DNA of 64,000 nucleotides from Nitrospiria bacterium (GCA_041490525.1 JBGPTH010000001.1:44115-108114); one strand, 5' to 3'; counted from the stretch's first letter, positions 53,097-61,021 are shown. Program-made: numbers and translations. The notes: a model not told the origin generated them from the sequence alone.

Positions 53097-54938
53097 TCAG
53101 TCGGCTGCGGAGCAGGCTTCCACTTCGGAGATCGTCGTGGTCCCTTCCGCGATTTTGGTCAGGCCGCTCATGCGAAGCGTCTTGACGCCGTCCTCGATCG
53201 AGATCTTCTTGATCTCGTCCTGCGAAAGTCCCTGGAGAATGCCCGCCCGGATCCGTTCCGTGATGGGCATCACCTGATAGAGCGCCACGCGCCCCTTGTA
53301 CCCCGTCTTGTTGCAATTCGCGCACCCTTGTCCTTTGTGGGGCTTGGCCACGGCGATCTCCGCATCCGTCATGCCGATCTTTCGCAGGACGTCCGGCGTC
53401 ACCTCCGGATCCGGAATCTTGCAGTCCTTGCAGATGCGCCGCGCCAGTCGTTGGGCGATGACCAGGACCACAGAGGAGGAAACCAGGAACGGCTCGATCC
53501 CCATGTTCAAGAGGCGGTTGATAGTGGACGGGGCGTCGTTGGTATGGAGCGAGGCCAGCACCAAATGGCCGGTCAGCGCCGCCTTGACCCCGATTTCCCC
53601 CGTCTCGTAGTCCCGGATCTCCCCGATCATGATGATGTCGGGGTCCTGGCGCAGGAAGGCCTTGAGCGCCGCCGAGAAGGTCAGGCCGATGTCCGGCAAC
53701 ACCTGCACCTGGTTGATCCCCATAAAGTTGAACTCGACCGGGTCCTCGGCGGTGCAGATGTTCACCTCGGGGGTATTGAGGGCCTGCAGGGCCGAATAGA
53801 GGGTGGTGGTCTTCCCGCTCCCCGTCGGCCCGGTCACCAGGATCATCCCGTACGGAGAGGCCAGGGCGCTATTGAACTCGTTCCGCTGCATGTTTTCCAG
53901 GCCGAGCTTGGTCATGTCGAGCTGGATGGTGGCCTTATCCAGGATGCGCATGCAGGCCTTCTCCCCGAATAGGGTTGGCATGACCGAGACGCGGAAGTCC
54001 ACATCGCGCTTGTGCCCCAGCTTCAGCTTGATGCGCCCGTCCTGGGGGAGGCGGCGCTCGGCGATGTCCAGCTTCGCCATGATCTTGACGCGGGACACGA
54101 TCGCGCTTTTGACCTTCAAGGGCAGGTTCATGACCGTCATCATGTTGCCGTCCAGCCGGTACCGGACCCGGAAGACGTTTTCGTACGGCTCGATATGGAT
54201 GTCGCTGGCCCCCGCCTTCAGGGCATTGATCAGAATGCCGTGGACCAGCTTGACGATCGGGGCCTCGACCTGGGTAAGGACCCCGGCGTCGTCCTGGTCC
54301 TCTGCCACCTCGACGGAGTCCAGGGCATCCCCGACGGTCTTATCGAAGTCCTCGACATCGACCATCATATTGTCGTCCTGCTGGCCGAGATCGGCCAGTT
54401 GGTCGTCCTGATCGATATCGGAGACCGTGTAGTCTTTGACCTCCAGGAGCTTGGACGCGGGCTTGGCCTCACCGCCCCCAAGCCCCATTGCGGCGCCCCC
54501 GCCGTAGTATTTCCTGATCGCTTCAACCAGCGCCGGTTCGCTGGCAATGACGGGCTCGATCGTGTAATTCGTCCGGAACTTCAAATCGTCGATGGCGAAC
54601 ACATTGGTAGGATCCGACATCGCCACGCTCAGTCGGGCTCCGACCCGCTTGAGCGGCAGAATCATGTGTTTCTTGACCAATTCGACGGGGACCAGCTTGA
54701 TGATGGTGGGATCGATCGGGGGATGCACCTTGAGGTCCACGGCCTGAACCCGGTACTGCTGGGCGAGGAACCAGAGAAGCGTGTCCTCCTCGATGAACCC
54801 CATCTTGACCAGCATAGCCCCCAGCTTGCCGGTCCCTTTCTGTTGTTTTTGAAGAGCAATCGCCTCGTTCAACTGCTTCTCGGTGATCAACTTCGCCCCG
54901 ACAAGCAGCCTGCCCATCCTGTCAGCAACTACGGCCAT
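53097..54938 (-). CDS. pilB: type IV pilus assembly ATPase (GspE/PilB family) with MshEN-type N-terminal domain
   Basis: Walker A 'GPTGSGKTTTLY', Asp/His boxes and the tetracysteine 'CKDCK...CANCNKTGYKGR'. N-terminal aa 7-61 carry two copies of the MshEN-like motif. Confidence 0.9.
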   Translation of the reverse strand: MAVVADRMGRLLVGAKLITEKQLNEAIALQKQQKGTGKLGAMLVKMGFIEEDTLLWFLAQQYRVQAVDLKVHPPIDPTIIKLVPVELVKKHMILPLKRVGARLSVAMSDPTNVFAIDDLKFRTNYTIEPVIASEPALVEAIRKYYGGGAAMGLGGGEAKPASKLLEVKDYTVSDIDQDDQLADLGQQDDNMMVDVEDFDKTVGDALDSVEVAEDQDDAGVLTQVEAPIVKLVHGILINALKAGASDIHIEPYENVFRVRYRLDGNMMTVMNLPLKVKSAIVSRVKIMAKLDIAERRLPQDGRIKLKLGHKRDVDFRVSVMPTLFGEKACMRILDKATIQLDMTKLGLENMQRNEFNSALASPYGMILVTGPTGSGKTTTLYSALQALNTPEVNICTAEDPVEFNFMGINQVQVLPDIGLTFSAALKAFLRQDPDIIMIGEIRDYETGEIGVKAALTGHLVLASLHTNDAPSTINRLLNMGIEPFLVSSSVVLVIAQRLARRICKDCKIPDPEVTPDVLRKIGMTDAEIAVAKPHKGQGCANCNKTGYKGRVALYQVMPITERIRAGILQGLSQDEIKKISIEDGVKTLRMSGLTKIAEGTTTISEVEACSAAD

Positions 54939-54973
54939 AGGACTCCCCAGTGATCAAAAACTTATCGGCTTTA

Positions 54974-54989
54974 TGAAAGGATTATGCCA
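54974..54989 (-). promoter_or_regulatory. sigma-54-like -24/-12 element upstream of pilB (weak -12)
   Basis: Minus strand TGGCAT-aatcc-TTTCA versus the consensus TGGCAC-N5-TTGCA. GG is intact but the -12 reads TC instead of GC. About 35 nt upstream of ATG 54938. A sigma-54 activator gene is in the same gene string. Confidence 0.25.
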
Positions 54990-54993
54990 GGGA

Positions 54994-55033
54994 TTTGTAA
55001 CATAATTTTATTACAAAGTGACAATTATTGTCA
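54994..55033. promoter_or_regulatory. two adjacent perfect palindromes in the AT-rich pilB upstream region
   Basis: TTTGTAA-N10-TTACAAA (54994-55017) and TGACAAT-T-ATTGTCA (55019-55033). Both were read directly from the sequence and lie just upstream of the promoter-like elements. Confidence 0.5.
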
Positions 55034-55106
55034 ATGAGAACCTACGAAGTCCCCTTCCATGCCCTGAGGCCCACCGGCCTTGCCCGCTTATGGCTCCGCT
55101 GGAGCA

Positions 55107-55643
55107 CTAGACCAGGTCGGGATGGTAGGCTCGGATTCCCCGGTAAATATAGTGAAGTCCCGACGCGACGGTCAGGGCCAGCATGAAGTGCCTCAGCAAG
55201 ATCAATTGGCCGAGGTCTTTCTGGAGGTAGATGAGGATGAGGGCCAGCACTAAGTAAGTGAGCTGGGCCATGGTGGTGCCTTTGCCGAGAACCGACGGAA
55301 CGACCTCGATCGGCGTCTGGGTCATATGCAGGACCAGTGTGCCGGCCACGATGATCAGGTCCCGGCTGACGATCACGATTGCCACCCACCCCGGCATGAG
55401 GTGGAGGATCGACAGGGTGGCGAAGGTCGTAGCCAGGAGGAACTTGTCGGCCAAAGGATCGAGATAGGCACCCAGCTTGGTGCGCTGGTTCGCCAGCCGG
55501 GCGATGACCCCGTCGAGAATGTCCGTCACGCCGGCGACGAGGAGCGTCACGAGAGCCCACCCATAAAACCCATACATGAGAAATCCGACCAGGAACGGGA
55601 TGAGCAGGATGCGGAGGATAGTGAGGGAATTGGGGAGATTCAT
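55107..55643 (-). CDS. pgsA: CDP-diacylglycerol--glycerol-3-phosphate 3-phosphatidyltransferase
   Basis: CDP-alcohol phosphatidyltransferase motif 'DILDGVIARLANQRTKLGAYLDPLADK'. The likely start is 'MNLPNSLTILRILLIPF' (ATG 55643); the listed ORF start is 55745. Confidence 0.88.
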   Translation of the reverse strand: MNLPNSLTILRILLIPFLVGFLMYGFYGWALVTLLVAGVTDILDGVIARLANQRTKLGAYLDPLADKFLLATTFATLSILHLMPGWVAIVIVSRDLIIVAGTLVLHMTQTPIEVVPSVLGKGTTMAQLTYLVLALILIYLQKDLGQLILLRHFMLALTVASGLHYIYRGIRAYHPDLV

Positions 55644-55738
55644 CAAGTCTTGGGGAGCGTTGTTCCTACGGCGCTGGTACTGGCTATTGTAGGGGAGCAT
55701 GCCTCCGGTGTCAACGTGGCTCTCGCTCCCTCGGTTCC

Positions 55739-55768
55739 TTGACAATCCGCGTCAATCTCCGATAAAGT
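55739..55768 (+). promoter_or_regulatory. candidate sigma-70 promoter for the sulfur-carrier cluster
   Basis: TTGACA (55739-55744), 18-nt spacer, TAAAGT (55763-55768). This placement makes ATG 55769 an unlikely start and favours ATG 55811 for the ThiS-like gene. Confidence 0.4.
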
Positions 55769-55810
55769 ATGGATTTTCTGAGGGTTCGCTATGGTTTGGG
55801 AACGGGAACG

Positions 55811-56011
55811 ATGCGCGTTGTGATCAATGGAAAGGCCGAAGAGGTACTTGGCGGCACCGTCCTGGAGATCCTCAAGGCCAAGGGTGTAGAGCCGCACATG
55901 GTGGCGGTGGAGCTCAACGCCAAGATTTTGGAACGGGAGGAGCTCAGCCGGACCACGGTCAAAGAGGGTGACGCCCTCGAACTCCTCTTTTATATGGGCG
56001 GAGGCCGGTAG
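55811..56011 (+). CDS. ThiS-family sulfur-carrier protein, C-terminus ...MGGGR
   Basis: 66 aa. 'MRVVINGKAEEVLGGTVLEILKAKGVEPHMVAVELNAKILEREELSRTTVKEGDALELLFYMGGGR' aligns along its whole length with ThiS (beta-grasp). The Gly-Gly is followed by one or two extra residues. Confidence 0.8.
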   Translation: MRVVINGKAEEVLGGTVLEILKAKGVEPHMVAVELNAKILEREELSRTTVKEGDALELLFYMGGGR

Positions 56012-56938
56012 GTGACTCCCCGGTATTCAACCATCACCGAGCTGATCGGCAACACCCCTCTCGTCCGCCTCAATAGGATCTCCAAGGAGGGATCCGCCAC
56101 CATCTATGCGAAGGTGGAATATTTCAATCCCGGCGGGTCGGTCAAGGACCGGATCTGCCTCAACATGATCAATGAGGCCGAGCGACAGGGGCGGCTCAAG
56201 CCGGGGGCCACGATCGTGGAGCCCACGAGCGGCAACACCGGCATCGGCCTGGCCCTCATCTCCGCCGTGCGCGGCTACAAGCTGATCCTCGTGATGCCGG
56301 AGAGCATGAGCATGGAACGGGCCAGCCTGCTTTCTTCCTACGGGGCGCAGCTCGTCCTGACCGCCGCCTGGGAAGGCATGAAGGGCTCCATCAAGGAAGC
56401 CGAGAGTCTGGCGGCCGCGAACCCGGAGTCCTTCATGCCGGATCAATTTTCGAATCCGGCGAATCCGGCCATGCACCGGAAGACCACGGCCGTCGAGATC
56501 TGGGAAGCGATGGAGGGCCAGATCGACGCCTTCGTGGCGGCCGTCGGGACCGGGGGAACGATCACGGGATGCGGCGAGGTCTTCAAGGAGAGAAACCCGA
56601 AGATCAAGGTCATCGCCGTGGAACCCGCCGGCTCGCCCGTCCTCTCAGGGGGCGACCCGGGTCCCCACCGGATTCAGGGGATCGGCGCGGGGTTCATTCC
56701 CAAGGTCCTGAACCGCTCGATCCTGGACGGCGTGATGACCGTCACCGACGAGGAGGCCTATCAGACCGCGAAGCTGCTGGCCAAGAAGGAAGGGCTCCTC
56801 GTCGGCATCTCCTCGGGGGCCAACGTCGCCGCCGCCCAGAAGGTGGCCGCGGAGCTTGGACCCGATAAGAATGTGGTCACGATCCTCTGCGACACCGGCG
56901 AGCGCTACATCAGCATCGAAAAATATTTTCATATCTAA
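56012..56938 (+). CDS. cysteine synthase family PLP enzyme (CysK/CysM)
   Basis: GTG start abutting the carrier gene's stop. 'ELIGNTPLVRLNRI', 'NPGGSVKDRI' (PLP Lys) and 'TSGNTGIGLA' are O-acetyl/O-phosphoserine sulfhydrylase motifs. Confidence 0.9.
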   Translation: MTPRYSTITELIGNTPLVRLNRISKEGSATIYAKVEYFNPGGSVKDRICLNMINEAERQGRLKPGATIVEPTSGNTGIGLALISAVRGYKLILVMPESMSMERASLLSSYGAQLVLTAAWEGMKGSIKEAESLAAANPESFMPDQFSNPANPAMHRKTTAVEIWEAMEGQIDAFVAAVGTGGTITGCGEVFKERNPKIKVIAVEPAGSPVLSGGDPGPHRIQGIGAGFIPKVLNRSILDGVMTVTDEEAYQTAKLLAKKEGLLVGISSGANVAAAQKVAAELGPDKNVVTILCDTGERYISIEKYFHI

Positions 56939-56952
56939 CGAAAGCATCTCGC

Positions 56953-57771
56953 ATGCCCTTCTCACCGGACTCGGAAGAACAGCTCACCCGCTACAGCCGG
57001 CACATTCTCCTTCCGGAGGTCGGCGGGAAAGGACAGCAAAAGATCAGCCAGGCCCGGGTGCTCATCGTCGGCGCCGGGGGGCTGGGGTCTCCGGCGGCCT
57101 TTTATCTGGCCGCGGCGGGCGTGGGGACGGTCGGTCTCATCGACGGCGACGTGGTGGACCTGTCCAACCTCCAGCGGCAGGTGATCCATCAGACCGACGA
57201 CGTCGGGCGGCCGAAGGTGGACTCGGCCCGGGCCAAGATTGAGGCCCTCAACCCCAACGTGGCGGTCGAGACCCATTACACGCGCCTCACGGCGGAGAAT
57301 GCGCTGAATCTCCTCGGCCGCTACGACATCGTCGTGGACGGCGTGGACAACTTCTCGTCGAAGTTCCTCATCAACGACGCGTGCTTCTTCGCCCAAAAGC
57401 CCCTCGTGCACGGCGGCATCATCCGATTTGACGGGCGGGTGTTCACCATCCTGCCCGGAAAGAGCGCGTGCTTCCGCTGCATCTTCAAGCAACCGCCGCC
57501 CCCGGGGACGGTCGCGAGCTGCCAGGAGGCCGGCGTGATCGGCGCGCTCGCGGGCGTCATCGGCACCATCCAGGCGACAGAAGTCCTGAAATGGATTCTG
57601 GGCCGGGGGCGCCTGCTCACCGACCGGCTCCTGGACTACGACGCGCGCCAGACCCGCTTCCGCGAAATCAAGGTCGCCAGGAACCCGCGATGCGCCTTGT
57701 GCGGGGAGCATCCCGAGATCACCCGGTTGTTCGAGTACGAACCGGAGGCCTGCGCGGTCAAGACCTCGTGA
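56953..57771 (+). CDS. ThiF/MoeB/HesA-family E1-like adenylyltransferase (copy 1, no rhodanese domain)
   Basis: 'RYSRHILLPEVGGKGQQKISQARVLIVGAGGLGSPAAFYLAAAGVG', 'DLSNLQRQ', and the Zn CxxC pairs 'CFRC' and 'CALCG'. 272 aa. Confidence 0.88.
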   Translation: MPFSPDSEEQLTRYSRHILLPEVGGKGQQKISQARVLIVGAGGLGSPAAFYLAAAGVGTVGLIDGDVVDLSNLQRQVIHQTDDVGRPKVDSARAKIEALNPNVAVETHYTRLTAENALNLLGRYDIVVDGVDNFSSKFLINDACFFAQKPLVHGGIIRFDGRVFTILPGKSACFRCIFKQPPPPGTVASCQEAGVIGALAGVIGTIQATEVLKWILGRGRLLTDRLLDYDARQTRFREIKVARNPRCALCGEHPEITRLFEYEPEACAVKTS

Positions 57772-57778
57772 GGATGCC

Positions 57779-59026
57779 ATGACTGCCGCCAAGATCAAAG
57801 GGCTGGTCTGCCGCGAATGCGGCAAGGAATACCCCCCGGTCTCCCTCCACGTCTGCGAGATGTGCTTCGGCCCCCTCGAGGTCCAATACGACTACGAGGC
57901 GATCAAGCGGAGCATCTCCCGAAAGAAGATCGAGGCGGGACCCAAAAGCCTCTGGCGCTACGTGGACCTCCTGCCCATTCAGGGGGAGCCCACGGTGGGG
58001 CTCTATGCCGGTTTCACCCCGCTCATCCACGCCAGAAACCTCGGCGATGAGCTGGGCCTGGACAAGCTGTACATCAAGAACGATACGGTGAACCATCCGA
58101 CCCTGTCGTTCAAGGACCGCGTGGTCTCGGTGGCGCTCACGCGCGCGCGCGAGCTGGGCTACGACACGGTCGCCTGCGCCTCGACCGGCAATCTCGCCAA
58201 CTCGGTCGCGGCTCATGCCGCCGCCGCCAAGATGCACTGCTACGTCTTCATCCCCCACGACCTGGAAGCCTCCAAGGTCCTAGGCAACCTCGTGTACCGG
58301 CCCCACGTCGTGGAGGTCGAGGGCAATTACGACGACGTCAACCGGCTCTGCAGCGAGATCGCGGGCGAGCACAAGTGGGCCTTCGTCAATGTCAACATCC
58401 GCCCCTATTACGCCGAAGGGTCCAAGACCCTGGCCTACGAGGTCGTCGAGCAGCTCGGCTGGGTGGCCCCGGATCAGATCGTCATCCCGATGGCCTCCGG
58501 TTCGCTGCTGACGAAGGTGTGGAAGGGCCTGAAGGAACTCCATAATCTGGGCCTCATCGACCGCCTGACCACCCGGATCCACGGGGCGCAGGCCGAGGGG
58601 TGTGCCCCCATCGCGACGGCCTACAAGCAGGGCCGTGACTACTTCAAGCCGGTCAAGCCCAAGACCATCGCCAAGTCGCTCGCCATCGGCAATCCCGCCG
58701 ATGGGTACTACGCGCTGAAAGCCACCGCCGAGAGCGGCGGGGCCATGGACGATGTGACGGATGAGGAGATCATCGAGGGCATGATGCTCCTGGCGCAAAC
58801 CGAGGGCATCTTCGCCGAGACGGCCGGGGGGGTGACGATCGGTGTGCTCAAGAAACTGGTGAAACACGGGATCATCAAGCGGTCCGATGTCACGGTGGCC
58901 CTGATCACCGGCAACGGCCTGAAGACCCAGGAAGCGGTCGTCAACGCCGTCGGCCGCCCCACGCGGATCACCCCCAGCCTGGTCCAATTTGAGCAGACGT
59001 TCAACCTCGGCAAACACGCGGAGTAA
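57779..59026 (+). CDS. threonine synthase-like PLP enzyme with N-terminal Zn ribbon
   Basis: 'CRECGKEYPPVSLHVCEMCFGPLEV' Zn ribbon. 'NHPTLSFKDRVVS' (PLP Lys) and 'ACASTGNLANS' fit the ThrC family. Immediately followed by a CysO-like carrier gene. Confidence 0.85.
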   Translation: MTAAKIKGLVCRECGKEYPPVSLHVCEMCFGPLEVQYDYEAIKRSISRKKIEAGPKSLWRYVDLLPIQGEPTVGLYAGFTPLIHARNLGDELGLDKLYIKNDTVNHPTLSFKDRVVSVALTRARELGYDTVACASTGNLANSVAAHAAAAKMHCYVFIPHDLEASKVLGNLVYRPHVVEVEGNYDDVNRLCSEIAGEHKWAFVNVNIRPYYAEGSKTLAYEVVEQLGWVAPDQIVIPMASGSLLTKVWKGLKELHNLGLIDRLTTRIHGAQAEGCAPIATAYKQGRDYFKPVKPKTIAKSLAIGNPADGYYALKATAESGGAMDDVTDEEIIEGMMLLAQTEGIFAETAGGVTIGVLKKLVKHGIIKRSDVTVALITGNGLKTQEAVVNAVGRPTRITPSLVQFEQTFNLGKHAE

Positions 59027-59032
59027 ACCGCC

Positions 59033-59335
59033 ATGGTGAAAGTCCGTATTCCCACTCCCCTGCGTCCGCTGACCGGCGGGAAGGGAGAAGTGGAGACCCA
59101 GGCCGGCGACATCGTCTCGATGATCGAGTCGCTGAACGGGCAATTCCCCGGCCTCAAGGACCGGGTCTGCGACGAGAAGGGCGAGATCCGACGGTTCGTG
59201 AACATCTACCTGAACGAGGAGGACATCCGGTTCATGAAAGGCAAGGACACGCCCCTCAAGGCGGGCGACGTGGTCTCCATCGTCCCCGCGATCGCCGGTG
59301 GAGCCCCGGCAGGCCGCCAGAGAGGATTCAATTGA
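59033..59335 (+). CDS. CysO/MoaD-family sulfur-carrier protein with 10-aa extension after Gly-Gly
   Basis: 'MVKVRIPTPLRPLTGGKGEVE...IRRFVNIYLNEEDIRF...GDVVSIVPAIAGG-APAGRQRGFN' closely resembles my memory of M. tuberculosis CysO ('IPTILRPHTGG...HRFVNIYVNDEDVRF...ILPAVAGG'). Confidence 0.85.
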   Translation: MVKVRIPTPLRPLTGGKGEVETQAGDIVSMIESLNGQFPGLKDRVCDEKGEIRRFVNIYLNEEDIRFMKGKDTPLKAGDVVSIVPAIAGGAPAGRQRGFN

Positions 59336-59577
59336 TGGCCCATCTGCGCTTTCATCTGCGGTTTCCCGAAGACAAGATCAAGGAGCCGGTCCTCTGCCAG
59401 ATCAATCGGGAGTTCCCCAAGGTCGACACCAACATCCGCCGGGCGGACGTTCGGGAGAAAACCGGCTGGATGGACGTGGAGTTCGCGGGTCCGACCGCGG
59501 AGATCGAGCGCGCCATCGAGGGCATCAGGAAGAAGGGGGTCATCGTGGACCCCATCGAGCTGAATGTCGTAGAATGA
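59335..59577 (+). CDS. NIL-domain (ferredoxin-fold) protein
   Basis: 80 aa from ATG 59335 (TGATG overlap with the carrier stop). 'HLRFHLRFPEDKIKEPVLCQINREFPKVDTNIRRADV...GWMDVEFAG' resembles the NIL domain found at MetN C-termini. Confidence 0.6.
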   Translation: MAHLRFHLRFPEDKIKEPVLCQINREFPKVDTNIRRADVREKTGWMDVEFAGPTAEIERAIEGIRKKGVIVDPIELNVVE

Positions 59578-59594
59578 TTGTGAGGAGGAGGAAA

Positions 59595-59611
59595 GGGTTA
59601 AACGTTAACCC
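59595..59611 (+). terminator. short hairpin after the NIL gene
   Basis: GGGTTAA-acg-TTAACCC, 18 nt after the stop at 59577. The flank is AT-rich but not a clean U-tract. Confidence 0.25.
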
Positions 59612-59678
59612 TTAAACGTAAAACTGAATCGGAATTTCGTCCGTTTAACGTATAACGATTCACGAATAACGAGCAACC

Positions 59679-60482
59679 ATGGAGTTCACGGACAAACAGA
59701 TCGAGCGGTACAGCCGCCACATCATCCTGCAGGAGGTGGGCGGGAAAGGCCAGAAGAAGCTGACCGCCTCGAAGGTGTTCATCATCGGCGCCGGCGGGCT
59801 CGGCTCCCCCGCCGCCCTCTATCTGGCCGCGGCGGGCATCGGGACGATCGGGCTCATTGACGGCGATGTCGTGGACCTGTCCAACCTTCAGCGGCAGATT
59901 CTCCACACCACCCAGAGCATCGGCAAATTAAAAGTCGAGTCCGGGCGCGAGATGCTCGCCGCGATCAACCCGGATGTCACGATCAAGACGTACCCGATGA
60001 CCCTCAATGCCGAGAACATCCTGGACCTCATCCAGGATTACGACGTCGTCCTGGACGGCTCGGACAACTTCACCACGCGTTATCTGGTGAACGACGCCTG
60101 TTTCTTCGCCCGAAAGCCGCTGATCTCCGGCAGCATCTTCCGGTTCGAGGGCCAGCTCACCACCATCAAGCCGCGGGAGGGCTTCCCCTGCTACCGGTGC
60201 CTGTATGCCGAACCCCCTCCGGCCGGCCTCGTCCCGAACTGCCAGGAAGCCGGCGTGCTCGGGGTCCTCGCCGGCACAATCGGCACGCTGCAGGCCGCCG
60301 AGGCGATCAAGGAGATCGTCGGGATCGGGACATCGCTGGCCGGTTTCATTCTGATCTATGACGCCCTGGAGATGACTTTCCGGAAGACCCGCATACCAAA
60401 AGATTCGTCCTGCCCGCTCTGCGGGCCCACCCCGCGCATCAAGGACCTGTCGGGCGACTACTCGGTGTCGTGCTCTCTCTGA
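59679..60482 (+). CDS. ThiF/MoeB/HesA-family E1-like adenylyltransferase (copy 2, no rhodanese domain)
   Basis: 'RYSRHIILQEVGGKGQKKLTASKVFIIGAGGLGSPAALYLAAAGIG', 'DLSNLQRQ', 'CYRC' and 'CPLCG'. A clear paralogue of 56953-57771. Confidence 0.88.
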   Translation: MEFTDKQIERYSRHIILQEVGGKGQKKLTASKVFIIGAGGLGSPAALYLAAAGIGTIGLIDGDVVDLSNLQRQILHTTQSIGKLKVESGREMLAAINPDVTIKTYPMTLNAENILDLIQDYDVVLDGSDNFTTRYLVNDACFFARKPLISGSIFRFEGQLTTIKPREGFPCYRCLYAEPPPAGLVPNCQEAGVLGVLAGTIGTLQAAEAIKEIVGIGTSLAGFILIYDALEMTFRKTRIPKDSSCPLCGPTPRIKDLSGDYSVSCSL

Positions 60483-60955
60483 CGATCCCCAAAAAGATCC
60501 TTGCGGAGATGGTGGAAGAGGCGAGGAAGCTCGTACCCCACGAGTGCTGCGGGCTGCTGGCGGGGAAGGACGGACGGGTCACGCACCACTACAAGATCAC
60601 GAACATCGTGGCAAGCCAGGACGCGGGGGTGCAGGAGATGTTCGACCAGGCAAAGGTGGCGCATCTGGAGCGCCTATCGCCTGAGGAACGCGCGGACATC
60701 GCCTTCTGGATGGACCCCAAGGACATGTTCGCCGCGCAAAAGGACATGCGCGCGCAGGGCACCGACATGCTCGCCAGCTATCACTCCCACCCGGTGTCCC
60801 CGGCTCGGCCCTCTCCCACCGATATCAAAGCGCTGGCCTCCTACCCGGACCTCGTCCACCTCATCGTGTCGCTTCAGGACGCCACCCAACCGGCCATCAA
60901 CGCCTTCCGCATCGCGGAGGACGCCGCCACGCCGGTGGCCTACCAGACGAGCTGA
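60470..60955 (+). CDS. JAMM/MPN+ metalloprotease (Mec+/CysO-hydrolase-like)
   Basis: GTG start overlapping the E1 gene by 13 nt. 'PHECCGLLAG' (catalytic Glu) and 'SYHSHPVSPARPSPTDI' (HxHx7Sx2D JAMM motif). Confidence 0.88.
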   Translation: MLSLTIPKKILAEMVEEARKLVPHECCGLLAGKDGRVTHHYKITNIVASQDAGVQEMFDQAKVAHLERLSPEERADIAFWMDPKDMFAAQKDMRAQGTDMLASYHSHPVSPARPSPTDIKALASYPDLVHLIVSLQDATQPAINAFRIAEDAATPVAYQTS

Positions 60956-60969
60956 GCCCCCCTCACCCT

Positions 60970-60997
60970 CCCCTCTCCCTCAGGGGGCGAGGGGTTT
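60970..60997 (+). terminator. rho-independent-type terminator after the JAMM gene
   Basis: CCCCTC-t-CCC-tca-GGG-ggc-GAGGGG followed by TTT. Starts 15 nt past the stop at 60955, in the convergent junction with modC. Confidence 0.45.
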
Positions 60998-61021
60998 GAT
61001 CAGCGCGGAATCAGCCGGAGC

